A DNA stretch of 64,000 nucleotides. Source: Myxococcales bacterium. Its GTDB lineage: Bacteria; Myxococcota_A; Polyangia; Polyangiales; Polyangiaceae. The notes beneath the pieces were generated by a model that made no database searches, had not been told where the DNA came from, and was given only the letters and a program-made list of their open reading frames with translations. The translations under genes and the position numbers were made by a program. The stretch spans positions 1 to 64,000 of the forward strand of contig JAYTOU010000027.1 in assembly GCA_043747615.1 (NCBI GenBank). The letters are read 5' to 3'. Within the stretch, counting starts at the first letter, position 1; the number at the start of each line of letters is the position of its first letter. Shown one piece after another: positions 19,921 through 29,597 of the stretch.

Positions 19921-21729
19921 TTAATCCACCTTCAAAATCGCCAGAAACGCCTTCTGGGGGATCTCGACGTTCCCCACTTGCTTCATGCGTTTCTTTCCCT
20001 CTTTTTGCTTCTCGAGGAGTTTCCGCTTTCGGCTGATGTCGCCGCCGTAGCACTTGGCGGTCACGTCCTTGCGCAGGGCACGTACGGTTTCTCGCGCGAT
20101 TATCTTTCCGCCGATGGCCGCCTGGATGGCCACTTCGTACTGCTGCTGGGGGACGAACTCCTTGAGCTTTTCCGCGAGGCCCTTCCCGCGCGGATAGGAC
20201 TTTTCGCGGTGGATGATGATCGAGAGCGCGTCGAGGGGCTCGCCGTTGACGAGGATGTCCACCTTCACGAGATCGCCCGCTCGGTAGCCGGTGAGCTCGT
20301 AGTCCATTGACGCGTAGCCTCGAGAGCAGCTCTTCAGCTTGTCGTGAAAATCGAAGAGCACCTCACCGAACGGAAGCTCGTACGTGATGATGACTCGATC
20401 GGCGCTCGCATATTGCAGTCCGAGCTGGTTGCCGCGTTTCTCCTGACAGAGGGCAAGCACGGCGCCGACATGCTCGGTGGGAACGTGGATGGCCATCTTC
20501 ACGAGCGGCTCTTCGATGCGATCGATGGTCATCACCGGCGGGAGCTTCGCGGGATTCTCCACCTTGAGCCACGTGCCGTCGGTCTTGAGCACGTTGTAGA
20601 CGACCGACGGGGCCGTGGTGATGAGGTCCAGGTTGAACTCGCGCTCGAGTCTTTCCTGGATGATTTCCATGTGCAAAAGCCCCAGAAATCCGCAGCGAAA
20701 ACCGAAACCGAGGGCCTCGGACGAATCGGGCTCGAAGGTGAACGCAGCGTCGTTCATCTGCAACTTTTCGAGGGCGTCGCGGAGGGCAGGGTAGTCGGAG
20801 CTGTCGGTCGGGAAGATGCCCGCGAAGACCATCGGCTTCACGTCTTTGAAGCCGGGTAGGACTTCCGTCGCTTGGGCGGCGGGGAGCGTGTGGGTCACCG
20901 TGTCGCCGACCTTCGTGTCGTGCACGCTCCGAATGTTGCCGGAGAAGAACCCGACCTCGCCCGGGCCGATCTCTTCGAGGGAAACGGCAAACGGCTGGAA
21001 CGATCCAAGCTCGAGGACCTCGTAGTCCGCCTTCGAGGACATGAAACGGACCTTGTCCCCCTTGCGGATCGTGCCGTCGATCACCCGGACCATGACCATC
21101 GCGCCGCGGTAGCTGTCGTACCAACTGTCGAAAATCAGCGCGCGGAGCTTGCCATCAGGATTCCCTTTGGGGGGCGGTACCCTGTGGACAATCTGCTCGA
21201 GGATGTCTTTGACCCCCACACCGGTCTTGCCGCTGCACGAGACCGCCTCCGAGCAATCGAGCCCGATGACCTGCTCGATCTGCTCCTTGGTTCGCTCGAC
21301 GTCGGACGACGGCAAGTCGACCTTGTTGAGCACGGGGATGATCTCGAGTCCCTGATCGAGCGCGAGGTAGACGTTGGCGAGCGTCTGGGCTTCGACGCCT
21401 TGTGTCGAATCGACGACCAAAATGGCCCCTTCGCAGGCCGATAAGCTGCGTGAGACCTCGTAGTTGAAGTCGACGTGGCCGGGGGTGTCGATGAGATTGA
21501 ACTGGTAGGTCTCGCCGTCTTTGGCCACGAACTTCAGGCGGACGTTCTGGGCCTTGATGGTGATCCCGCGCTCGCGCTCGATGTCCATCTTGTCGAGGAA
21601 CTGCTCCTTCGACTCGCGCTGAGTGATCGCGCCGGTGATGTCCAGGATCCGGTCGGCGAGCGTGGATTTCCCGTGGTCGATGTGCGCAATGATCGAGAAA
21701 TTGCGGATCTTTGACTGGGGTGTCGTCAC
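19921..21729 (-). CDS. lepA: Elongation factor 4
   Basis: [57 protein letters not shown]. Confidence 0.98.
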   Translation of the reverse strand: MTTPQSKIRNFSIIAHIDHGKSTLADRILDITGAITQRESKEQFLDKMDIERERGITIKAQNVRLKFVAKDGETYQFNLIDTPGHVDFNYEVSRSLSACEGAILVVDSTQGVEAQTLANVYLALDQGLEIIPVLNKVDLPSSDVERTKEQIEQVIGLDCSEAVSCSGKTGVGVKDILEQIVHRVPPPKGNPDGKLRALIFDSWYDSYRGAMVMVRVIDGTIRKGDKVRFMSSKADYEVLELGSFQPFAVSLEEIGPGEVGFFSGNIRSVHDTKVGDTVTHTLPAAQATEVLPGFKDVKPMVFAGIFPTDSSDYPALRDALEKLQMNDAAFTFEPDSSEALGFGFRCGFLGLLHMEIIQERLEREFNLDLITTAPSVVYNVLKTDGTWLKVENPAKLPPVMTIDRIEEPLVKMAIHVPTEHVGAVLALCQEKRGNQLGLQYASADRVIITYELPFGEVLFDFHDKLKSCSRGYASMDYELTGYRAGDLVKVDILVNGEPLDALSIIIHREKSYPRGKGLAEKLKEFVPQQQYEVAIQAAIGGKIIARETVRALRKDVTAKCYGGDISRKRKLLEKQKEGKKRMKQVGNVEIPQKAFLAILKVD

Positions 21730-21765
21730 TTCAGGTGGTTCACTCGGCGAGGAAGGTCAGCGGGG

Positions 21766-22074
21766 CTATTTGCTGAATCCTGTAGCCGATTTGTCGGCGT
21801 CCTCGACAGTACGTTCTTTGTCTCGTTCGAGCTTGTCGGACGATTCCTTCGCTGGCCTGCTCGGAGCCGGCTTCGGAGGAGCAGGAGGTGGAGGCGGAAT
21901 CGTGTCGAGTCCGAGCTGGCCGGGGAGCAGATGCGCGTAGTGACGGAGGACGAGATCAATGCCCTCGCGGATGTATACGGCGACCGGCACCTTCGTGCGA
22001 TCGTGCAGCAACTTGAGCTTGTCGCTCTGCTCCGGTGTCACGTAGATCGTCGTGGAGATCTTCTTCCGAGACAT
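21766..22074 (-). CDS. cdbA: Ribbon-helix-helix DNA-binding protein, CdbA-like
   Basis: RKKISTTIYVTPEQ..KLKLLHDRTKVPVAVYIREGIDLVL is an RHH fold resembling, as recalled, the myxobacterial c-di-GMP-binding nucleoid protein CdbA. Confidence 0.7.
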   Translation of the reverse strand: MSRKKISTTIYVTPEQSDKLKLLHDRTKVPVAVYIREGIDLVLRHYAHLLPGQLGLDTIPPPPPAPPKPAPSRPAKESSDKLERDKERTVEDADKSATGFSK

Positions 22075-22111
22075 CGGCGGTGCTGTCCCCTCAGGGGTAA
22101 GAACATGCTTG

Positions 22112-22190
22112 ATAACGCGCGGTTATGCGAGTGTGCGCTCCGCATCACTGCCGCCCGCCAACACGACGTACACTACGTGAACATACGTGA
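22112..22190. promoter_or_regulatory. Candidate operator(s) in the RHH/lipoprotein divergent intergenic region
   Basis: Inverted repeat ATAAC-N5-GTTAT (22112-22126) and direct repeat TACGTGA at 22174-22180 and 22184-22190 (10-bp period). Confidence 0.35.
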
Positions 22191-22311
22191 CGATTCAAGC
22201 GGCGCGCCCAAAGCCCCAGAATCCTCGAGGAACCCATTTGGCTGAGCCACGCCAGCGCACGCCGCACTGCTTGCTCCCGGGCTATCGGGTTCGGTATGGT
22301 GCCTTTCGCTT

Positions 22312-23100
22312 ATGAAATCCCGCTCTCTGGTTTTGGCAGCCACTTCGCTCACACTTGCCGCCACGGCCGGCGTCTTCGCGTGCGGGAGCGGCGAGTCGAC
22401 TGTCGCGACAGAGGCAAAGCTCCCGACGGGCGCGCACACCGAATCGATGGATCACGAGGCGTGCAACGAGTCCGGCAACAAGGTCGAGCTTCTGGACACC
22501 AACAACGACGGAAAGCCCGACATTCGCAGGGTATATGCCGGCGGAAAAGAGATCTGTCGGATCAGCGACTTGAACAAGGACGGCAAGCCGGAGATGTTCG
22601 AGTACTACGACGCAGCCGGCCAGTTGCGACGGCGCGAGGCGGACTACGACGACAGCGGCGTGATCGACTCGATCGAGATCTTCGAGAACGGCAAGCTCGT
22701 TCGACGTGAGCTCGACACGAGCGGCGAGCACCGCCTCGACACGTGGGATTACTTCGACCCCGCCACCGGCAAACGCATCCGCCGCGAACGCGACAGCATG
22801 CACACCGGCCACATCGACCAGTGGTGGACGTGGGACGGCGACAAGGTGACGATCGCCTTCGACAAGGACGGCGACGGCAAGCCCGATCCCGCAGACACGG
22901 TCGTCCTGGGTGGAACGGCGACGTCGTCCGCCTCGTCGACCGCGTTCACCGACGCGGGCCCACCGCCGAGCACGGCGTCGAGCTTCGGGATCGATGGTGG
23001 CGTTAGCGCGAGCAAGCCGGCCAGCCCGGGCACGGTCGTGGACGCCCCCGTGCTGGATGCGGGCGCGCCGAAAAAGAAGCCCAAGGAGAAGAAGAAGTGA
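22312..23100 (+). CDS. Lipoprotein with DxNxDG (Ca-binding-like) beta repeats
   Basis: Lipobox VFAC; DTNNDGKPD, DLNKDGKPE, DYDDSGVID, DKDGDGKPD. Confidence 0.8.
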   Translation: MKSRSLVLAATSLTLAATAGVFACGSGESTVATEAKLPTGAHTESMDHEACNESGNKVELLDTNNDGKPDIRRVYAGGKEICRISDLNKDGKPEMFEYYDAAGQLRRREADYDDSGVIDSIEIFENGKLVRRELDTSGEHRLDTWDYFDPATGKRIRRERDSMHTGHIDQWWTWDGDKVTIAFDKDGDGKPDPADTVVLGGTATSSASSTAFTDAGPPPSTASSFGIDGGVSASKPASPGTVVDAPVLDAGAPKKKPKEKKK

Positions 23101-23885
23101 CCCGCTCTCGGCACGTCCGGCTCTGTCTCCTCGTTTCCGTGGTGGTCGCAGGCGCTGCGTGTAGTTCGTCGCAGCCCGCGCCCAAGGCGGCTTCGGTGTC
23201 CCCAGGCGGCTCGAAAGACCCTAGCAAGTGGCCTGCGGACGACAAATCCATGTGCGACTGGCGTAACAAGCCGGAGCTCGAAGTGAGCGAGACTTCCGGC
23301 CTCGGCGCCCTTCGTCCCAACGTGCGCCGCGTCTACAAGACGTACGGCGAAGGCGAGTCGCGCCGCAAGACGCTGGTGTGCCGCGAGGTCGACACAAACC
23401 TCGACGGCATCAAGGACGTCGTCCGCACGTTCAACTCGAAGGGCGAAGCGCTCCACGAAGAGGCCGACACCAACTACGACGGCAGGGTCGACGTGTGGAT
23501 GTCATTCGTCGCCGGCCGGCTCGCCGAAGAAGACCTCGACACGAACTTCGACGGCAAGCCCGACGTCTGGAAATACTATTCGAACGGCCTGCTTTCCCGC
23601 GTGAAGCGCGATCGCAACCACGACGGAAATCCCGACGTGTGGGAGATCTACGCAAACGGCAGGCTCGAGCGCATGGGCGTCGACGACAGCTTCGACGGCC
23701 ACGTCGACCGCTGGGACCGCGACGAGCAAGTGCGCCTCGCGAGCGAAGAAGAGGATCGCAAGGCCCGCGAAAAGCTCACGGCTGGCGACGGCAACACCGC
23801 GCCCACCGCTGCGCCGGGCCAGGACGCGTTCATTCAGGACGCAGGCGCGCCCAAGCCCAAAGCCTCCCCTCCGAAGAAGAAGTAA
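23097..23885 (+). CDS. Lipoprotein with DxNxDG repeats, paralog-like of the upstream gene
   Basis: GTGA overlap; lipobox AAC; DTNLDGIKD, DTNYDGRVD, DTNFDGKPD, DRNHDGNPD. Confidence 0.8.
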   Translation: MTRSRHVRLCLLVSVVVAGAACSSSQPAPKAASVSPGGSKDPSKWPADDKSMCDWRNKPELEVSETSGLGALRPNVRRVYKTYGEGESRRKTLVCREVDTNLDGIKDVVRTFNSKGEALHEEADTNYDGRVDVWMSFVAGRLAEEDLDTNFDGKPDVWKYYSNGLLSRVKRDRNHDGNPDVWEIYANGRLERMGVDDSFDGHVDRWDRDEQVRLASEEEDRKAREKLTAGDGNTAPTAAPGQDAFIQDAGAPKPKASPPKKK

Positions 23886-23899
23886 GGCCGAAGAGCCCG

Positions 23900-24253
23900 T
23901 TAGGCTTTCGAGGTACCTTCGCGCCCGTAGGCGTCCTCGAGACGGACCACGTCGTCGAGCTCGGGGGTGGAGACTTCGAGGACGTCGACGTCCGTCACCG
24001 CCACCATGCGGTGAATGGTCAACGGCCGGCAATGGTACGTGTCGAGGTGCTTCATCCGGATGACGTTGACCTCCGCGCCTTGGCCGATCTCGAGGTCCAT
24101 CTCCCCATTCTGTACGAGAAACGTCTCTTCTTTTTTGTTGTGAAACTGGCGCGACAGCTTCTGCCCCGCGTTGATGTGGAGGATTTTCCCGACGTAGGCC
24201 GAGGCCTCCGCCCAGATGATCTCGTAGCCCCAAGGCTTTTCTACCCGTCGCAT
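23900..24253 (-). CDS. Cupin-domain protein (mannose-6-phosphate isomerase C-terminal-like)
   Basis: MRRVEKPWGYE, LSRQFHNKKEET, IHRM, LEVSTPELDDVVRLEDAYGR; ATG 24253. Confidence 0.88.
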   Translation of the reverse strand: MRRVEKPWGYEIIWAEASAYVGKILHINAGQKLSRQFHNKKEETFLVQNGEMDLEIGQGAEVNVIRMKHLDTYHCRPLTIHRMVAVTDVDVLEVSTPELDDVVRLEDAYGREGTSKA

Positions 24254-24262
24254 GCCCCTGAA

Positions 24263-24271
24263 ATACGGTAT
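24263..24271. promoter_or_regulatory. Putative bidirectional -10 element
   Basis: Palindromic ATACGGTAT centred in the 28-bp gap between divergent ATGs; yields TACGGT (+) and TACCGT (-). Confidence 0.45.
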
Positions 24272-24281
24272 GTGGGCGAGC

Positions 24282-25439
24282 ATGGCTACTGAGCGACTGC
24301 AGAAAATTCTCGCGCACGGCGGGGTAGCCTCGCGCCGCGCCGCTGAAGCGCTCATCACCGCCGGCCGCGTGCGCGTCAACGGCAACGTCGTCAAAGAGCT
24401 CGGCACGAAGGCCGATCCGCACAAAGACAAGGTCGAGATCGACGGCAAGCGCGTGGTCGCAGAATCGTTCGTCTACCTCCTCGTCCACAAACCGCGCGGC
24501 GTCGTCGCCACAATGAACGATCCGGAAGGGCGGCCCACCGTCGGCGAGCTCTTGAAGCCGGTCGGAGCGCGCGTTTACCCGATCGGAAGGCTCGATTTCG
24601 CGACGAGCGGGGTGCTCCTGTGCACGAACGACGGCGCGTTCGCGGAAGGTTTGATGCATCCCAAGAAGGCCGTTCCGAAGACGTACGTCCTCAAAGTGCA
24701 GGGCGAGATGCAGGCCAAGGACATCGAGAAGTGGCGCACCGGCATCCAGCTCGAGGACGGCATCACGCTCCCCGCCGAGGCGAAGATGATCCGCCACGAG
24801 CAGGGCAAGACATGGCTCGAGCTCACCATCCGCGAAGGGCGAAACCAGCAGATTCGTAGGATGGGGGAGGCCGCGGGGTTCATGGTCATGCGCCTCGCGC
24901 GCACGTCCTTCGCTGGAATCAATTCCGAAGGGGTGCGCCCTGGGCAGTGCCGTTACCTCACGCGCGAAGAGCTGATCGCCCTCAAAAAAGCGTACGGCGT
25001 GCCCACCCGCATCCCGGCGGCGCCCGAAGAAGTGGTCACCACCGCGCGCTCGGGACGATCGAATTCGGCCATGGGCTCGGTGCAGCGTTCGGGCTCGCGT
25101 CCGGCGAAACCCGAGGCGCGAACCCGAACGACGTCGCGATCCAATTCCGGTGGACGCGTGCGTCCGCGGCGCGGCGCCGAAGCAGCGACGTCGCGCTCTG
25201 GATCAGGATCGAGGGCAGGGGCGCGGCCTGAGTCGAACGCAGGATCGAATGCGCTGCCGCAGCCGAGGTTGAGCGGAGGCTCGGCTCGAGGACGCACGCC
25301 GGAACGCACGCCCGACGAAGCACCGCGCGCCGAGGTCGGGGGGCGACGAGGGCGCGGACGAACCACGGGGACCGGCGGCGGCATCGGTGCAGAACCCGGC
25401 AATTTCAGGCTCGAACGCGGCCGACGTGGCCGCCGCTAA
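24282..25439 (+). CDS. rluB: RsuA/RluB-family rRNA pseudouridine synthase with long basic tail
   Basis: ERLQKILA..GVASRRAAE S4 domain, HKPRG, PIGRLDFATSG, EGRNQQIRRM; Arg/Gly/Ser-rich C-terminus. Confidence 0.9.
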   Translation: MATERLQKILAHGGVASRRAAEALITAGRVRVNGNVVKELGTKADPHKDKVEIDGKRVVAESFVYLLVHKPRGVVATMNDPEGRPTVGELLKPVGARVYPIGRLDFATSGVLLCTNDGAFAEGLMHPKKAVPKTYVLKVQGEMQAKDIEKWRTGIQLEDGITLPAEAKMIRHEQGKTWLELTIREGRNQQIRRMGEAAGFMVMRLARTSFAGINSEGVRPGQCRYLTREELIALKKAYGVPTRIPAAPEEVVTTARSGRSNSAMGSVQRSGSRPAKPEARTRTTSRSNSGGRVRPRRGAEAATSRSGSGSRAGARPESNAGSNALPQPRLSGGSARGRTPERTPDEAPRAEVGGRRGRGRTTGTGGGIGAEPGNFRLERGRRGRR

Positions 25440-25462
25440 GTTTTTTTGACGACGCGTACGAC

Positions 25463-25699
25463 TTAGCCGGCAGTCGCCCCGAACCACGCTTCGGCAATTG
25501 CCGTGAGCGCTTCTTCCGAAAGAGCCGTGCCCTCGGGAACACCGTTCGCCGCTCCAAACGAGTAGACGATGCGCCCGACCGGCACGCCGGCCAGCAGGAT
25601 CGTGAACTCGTCGTTGTCGAGCGCCTGGACGGCGTACGTCTTCGTTTCGTAAGTGACGGTGCTGGCGGCGGGATCGGCGATGGGGGTCGTGGTCGTCAT
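25463..25699 (-). CDS. Small hypothetical protein
   Basis: 78-aa ORF with coding-like composition, directly downstream of the hydrolase gene on the same strand. Confidence 0.65.
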   Translation of the reverse strand: MTTTTPIADPAASTVTYETKTYAVQALDNDEFTILLAGVPVGRIVYSFGAANGVPEGTALSEEALTAIAEAWFGATAG

Positions 25700-25729
25700 G
25701 GAAGGCGAGCACCTACGACGATCGCTCGC

Positions 25730-28660
25730 TCACGGCAAGTAGGGGGTTGCGTCGTGCTCCGACCTCGCGGCGGGGCGGGCCACCGCTGCGAAGGGATCTG
25801 CGATCTCCGTGGGCAGCGACCAATCGTTCTGAAAAAAGCCGCCGGCGAGCACCATCCCTGCGCTCAAGTTCATTTGCCCACGAGCAGGAGCGACGCGCTC
25901 GTCGTAGACGATGAAGTCCGGCAAGAGATCGGGGAGTGAAAGCGAGCGCCATGTGCCGAGCGCGCCGACGCCCTCCACGACCACCAGGTAGCGATCCGTG
26001 CGCCGAGGGTTCGGGCGAATGAACGCCGCACCCACCTGCGAGCCCGTAAAGCGGCGGCCGCCCGCCGTGACGATCGCCTCCCCGTCGACGCGAATCGGAA
26101 GGTCGGCCTCCAGCGCCCGCAGGACGATGTTCGACCGAGAATTCCCGACTAGAAACAGCGCATGGTCATTTGCGACTGACTCGCCGCGCGCCGTAAACTC
26201 GACGTCGCTCATCATCGGATAGTGGACGTCGACGCCCCAGCGAATCTGTGCCCACGCCCGCGCGACCTCTTCGTTGGCGCGGGTCTGCTGTGGGTCGCTA
26301 GCGCCGTACACGAAGAGGAGTGGCGCATGGAAGGCATCGCGTAGCGGTCCGGTGATCTCGCCGTGCTTGAAGACTCCTTCGTGCACCGCCGGCCCCGCCT
26401 TCCAGGTGTCCTCCTCGCGATGAAGCGAGAGCGGGTCCTCCGGAGGAAAAACGAGGGCTGTCCCGTCCACGACGACCGTCAGCGGCTTCGTCGCGTCGAC
26501 GAGCAGCGGATCGCGATCGAGGGAGATGGCCGTCGTACTCTTTGTCGTGAGCTCGATCCGGGTTCGCGTTCGCACCCGCGCTTCGATCTCTGCCCAGGTT
26601 CCCGGCGCCGCAAGCTCGCCCACGTGGAGCCAAGCGTCGTTGCTGTCGCGAAGGCGCATCGTGCGAAAGCGAATTTGTGTCGGGTGAAGGTTCGTCGGCT
26701 TTTGCGCGAGGAGCCACTTGGCGCCTTTCAGCTCCTCGTACGTCGTCTGCCAGACGTTGTGACCGAGCGGAGGATGCTCGTGGATCACGTTGTATTTTAG
26801 GCTCTCGTAGCGCTCGATGAGCACGCCGCTGTTCGACTCCGGGAGGTCTTGCGTGCCGTGAACGACGTAGAGCGGGAGGTTCTTTCCGTTCCATGCCCAG
26901 AAGACGTTGGAGCGCTCTTCGGCGAGAGATTTTTCCCAGGGACGAAGCGGCCGCCCGATGAAATCACGCCGCACGAAGTAGCTGTGATACCCGCAGAGCG
27001 GAGCTGCCGCCGCGAAGGTGTCGGGATGGCGGAGCGCAAGTGCCGCCGCTCCGATCCCTCCCATGGAGGGGCCGGTGATCGTGATCCGTGAGCGATCGAT
27101 CGGGTAGAGCGCGGCGATCTCCTCGATGGCGCGCATGACGTCGTCCTGCCCGAGGTGGCGGTACATGGTGTTGCCGTGGCCGTTCGGCGTGACCACGATC
27201 GCGTCGAGGGGAGGGAGCGGACCCACGTGGCGATCTTCCCAATCCTGGTCTTTTTTCGGGTCATCCGCGCCAAAGAACCAGCGGAGCATGGCCATCGGGT
27301 GGCCGTTGAGGCCATGAAGCGCGACTACCAGAGGGTACTTGCGACCCGCGCCGCGCCGGTATTCGGGCGGGAGGTAAACTCCGTACTCAGCGAGCTCACC
27401 GTCAACGGGAGACCGGTAGGCACGGCGGATCGGGCCGGTGCGGTTCGCGTACGGATCGAGTTTTTTCTCGAGGGCGGTGGCGGCGTCGCTCAGCTCCTGC
27501 GCGTCCGCGAGCTGCGACTCGATGTCGCCGTCTCCGTGCGTCGTGAAGTTGACGAGCCGTTCTCGAAGGTGGGTGACGCTCTCGATCGAGCCGCGCGCGA
27601 GCGAAGGAGGGAGAGTCGCCTGGCCAAGAACACGGTCGATGCGCCCGACGGCCTCGCGCACGACGCGACGCGGGTAAAAAGGCGCTTTTACGCTTCGCTC
27701 AGCGACTGTGAGCTCGTATGTCCAATTCTGATCTTCAATGCGAGGAAGATCTGCCTGCGCGATGGACGGCAGCACGGCCACCATCTCCCCCGACTCCGGC
27801 GAGATCCCTCCTGCGTTGACGTCGAAGAAGACGTCGCCCTTCGCGCTGACGAGCTTGGCTTGCACTCCGAGCGTAACGCCGAGGGGGATGCCCTCTGGAA
27901 ATCGGACGGTGAGCCTTGGTCGGTAGTGGTCGGCGGTGAGCCCGCGATCGACGGACACCCACGACATCTTCGCGGCGAGCGCGCGCGTGTCCCCTTCGCG
28001 CGTGCCGGGCAGGGCCAGGTACGAGCCTGGTGGAGGTTGGAGCGCGGCGTCGACGAGCCTGACGTGAAGCGCCCAGCCGGCGTCGCGCTGATGAAGCTTG
28101 AGGACGACCGCGTGATCACCCGCCGTCAGATCGAGCGGAACGAGATCGTCGTCATCACGCTCCGGACGCGACTCATCCCGCGTAAAAATAGGCTTTCCGT
28201 CGACGATTACCCGGAGGCCGTCGTCCGCTCCGATGAGCAGAAAGAAGCGCCCCGCACGCTCGACGTGGAGCGTTGCGGCCGCGTATGCGACCAGATCGCT
28301 CTCCCGTGATTGGAGCGCGGCGCGCACGTCGATCGGGCCTTCACCGCTGGAGGCGATGAGCCATCTTGGAGGATCTTTGATCTTTTCGTTCGGAGGCGGT
28401 CCCCACGCCGCCCCGAAATTAGGCGCGATCGTCGCCTCGTTCAGCCCCGGCGGCGGCTGCGTGAGAGCTTCGGGACCTGACGGCGCAGGCTTCGTCCCGT
28501 ACGTGGACGAGCGGTAGGGCCCGATGATCAGCCACGCGCCGAGGCTTCCATTCTTCGCGGGCGCGAGGCGCAGCTCGCTGGCGTGGGCGGCGGGGGTCGC
28601 GAGCACGCTCGAGGGCAACACCAAGAGCGACAGAACAGCGAGGGGCTTCAACACGTTCAT
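25730..28660 (-). CDS. Secreted alpha/beta hydrolase (esterase/peptidase) with N-terminal PA14-like beta domain
   Basis: Signal peptide from ATG 28660; GADDGLRVIVDG (PA14-like); YPLVVALHG, GPSMGG nucleophile, HGTQD, GHNVW. Confidence 0.85.
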   Translation of the reverse strand: MNVLKPLAVLSLLVLPSSVLATPAAHASELRLAPAKNGSLGAWLIIGPYRSSTYGTKPAPSGPEALTQPPPGLNEATIAPNFGAAWGPPPNEKIKDPPRWLIASSGEGPIDVRAALQSRESDLVAYAAATLHVERAGRFFLLIGADDGLRVIVDGKPIFTRDESRPERDDDDLVPLDLTAGDHAVVLKLHQRDAGWALHVRLVDAALQPPPGSYLALPGTREGDTRALAAKMSWVSVDRGLTADHYRPRLTVRFPEGIPLGVTLGVQAKLVSAKGDVFFDVNAGGISPESGEMVAVLPSIAQADLPRIEDQNWTYELTVAERSVKAPFYPRRVVREAVGRIDRVLGQATLPPSLARGSIESVTHLRERLVNFTTHGDGDIESQLADAQELSDAATALEKKLDPYANRTGPIRRAYRSPVDGELAEYGVYLPPEYRRGAGRKYPLVVALHGLNGHPMAMLRWFFGADDPKKDQDWEDRHVGPLPPLDAIVVTPNGHGNTMYRHLGQDDVMRAIEEIAALYPIDRSRITITGPSMGGIGAAALALRHPDTFAAAAPLCGYHSYFVRRDFIGRPLRPWEKSLAEERSNVFWAWNGKNLPLYVVHGTQDLPESNSGVLIERYESLKYNVIHEHPPLGHNVWQTTYEELKGAKWLLAQKPTNLHPTQIRFRTMRLRDSNDAWLHVGELAAPGTWAEIEARVRTRTRIELTTKSTTAISLDRDPLLVDATKPLTVVVDGTALVFPPEDPLSLHREEDTWKAGPAVHEGVFKHGEITGPLRDAFHAPLLFVYGASDPQQTRANEEVARAWAQIRWGVDVHYPMMSDVEFTARGESVANDHALFLVGNSRSNIVLRALEADLPIRVDGEAIVTAGGRRFTGSQVGAAFIRPNPRRTDRYLVVVEGVGALGTWRSLSLPDLLPDFIVYDERVAPARGQMNLSAGMVLAGGFFQNDWSLPTEIADPFAAVARPAARSEHDATPYLP

Positions 28661-28667
28661 CGTGTGA

Positions 28668-29597
28668 CTACGGAGCGACGCAGCACGTGTAGTAACTGGG
28701 AAGGGGCGAGCCTTCGCTGATCGGTTGGCAAATGGTCTGGTCGACACACGGCTTGCGATCCTCACAGAGGACCATGGACATGATGCACTTGCTTCGGGGC
28801 ACGCACTGCGCGCCGCTCACCACGGAGGTTCCGAAGTTGCAGAAGCCTTGCAGTCCGGCGACGCAACAAATCGCCGCTCCTCCGTTGTCACCCGGCACCC
28901 CGGCGCAGTCGCTGTCGTCATCGCAGTAAAGGACGGAGCTAGTGGGAGGGCACGCGCTCACGTCTTTGCATTCGCCCGAGGCTTTTTTCCTCGTGGAATC
29001 TGGGCTTAGGCAGCACACCGCGCCCGTCGTCTGACAGCGCACGGCGTTGTCTCCGCAGCGGACCGAGGGTCCGGTCGGAGCGGCATCGGGGTCACTCTCC
29101 ACGCTCGCGCGGTTGTCGAGGCACGAGCCGTTCACGCAAGTGTGAGACGAATCGCAGCCTTGGCCCATGCACTCGGTCGTGAGGTCGACGACGACGTTCA
29201 CGGAGTGGTGGGGCTCGAAGCGGATCGCGCGGCGCGCGACGATGCAGCCGGCGTAGGCGTTAGCTCGGCAGTCCTCGGGATTTCGGGTGAGCCCGGCGAC
29301 GACGCGGATCCCCACTTCGTCGCCCTTCGAGGCGGTGGGAACGATCGTGAGGGTTCCGACTTGGCCGCCGCCTTCGCAGGTGGTGGTCGTCAGCGTCGGA
29401 GCCTTGCTCTCGACATCGGCTCCGGGCGCGCCCACGTAAACAGCGACCCCTTTCCACTTGGCGCAATCTGCGTTCGTGCGCACGGTGAGGGTAAGCTCCG
29501 TCGCTGAGCGGCAGCCAGCGGAAGGTCCGAAGAGGATCGCGAGGAGAGATAGGCTCGCGACGAGAGCCGCGTTGTTCGACCGCCGCTGCGGGCTCAG
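28668..29597 (-). CDS. Cys-rich lipoprotein (start codon uncertain)
   Basis: Lipobox SAGC, CIVARR.IRF motif, many Cys in the C-terminal half; abuts the PEGA gene stop. Confidence 0.75.
   Translation of the reverse strand: MSPQRRSNNAALVASLSLLAILFGPSAGCRSATELTLTVRTNADCAKWKGVAVYVGAPGADVESKAPTLTTTTCEGGGQVGTLTIVPTASKGDEVGIRVVAGLTRNPEDCRANAYAGCIVARRAIRFEPHHSVNVVVDLTTECMGQGCDSSHTCVNGSCLDNRASVESDPDAAPTGPSVRCGDNAVRCQTTGAVCCLSPDSTRKKASGECKDVSACPPTSSVLYCDDDSDCAGVPGDNGGAAICCVAGLQGFCNFGTSVVSGAQCVPRSKCIMSMVLCEDRKPCVDQTICQPISEGSPLPSYYTCCVAP

Noticed and set aside
25417..25447. Hairpin plus T7 as rluB terminator
   Set aside because: The stem lies inside the CDS and is 7 nt from the T tract; too atypical to call.
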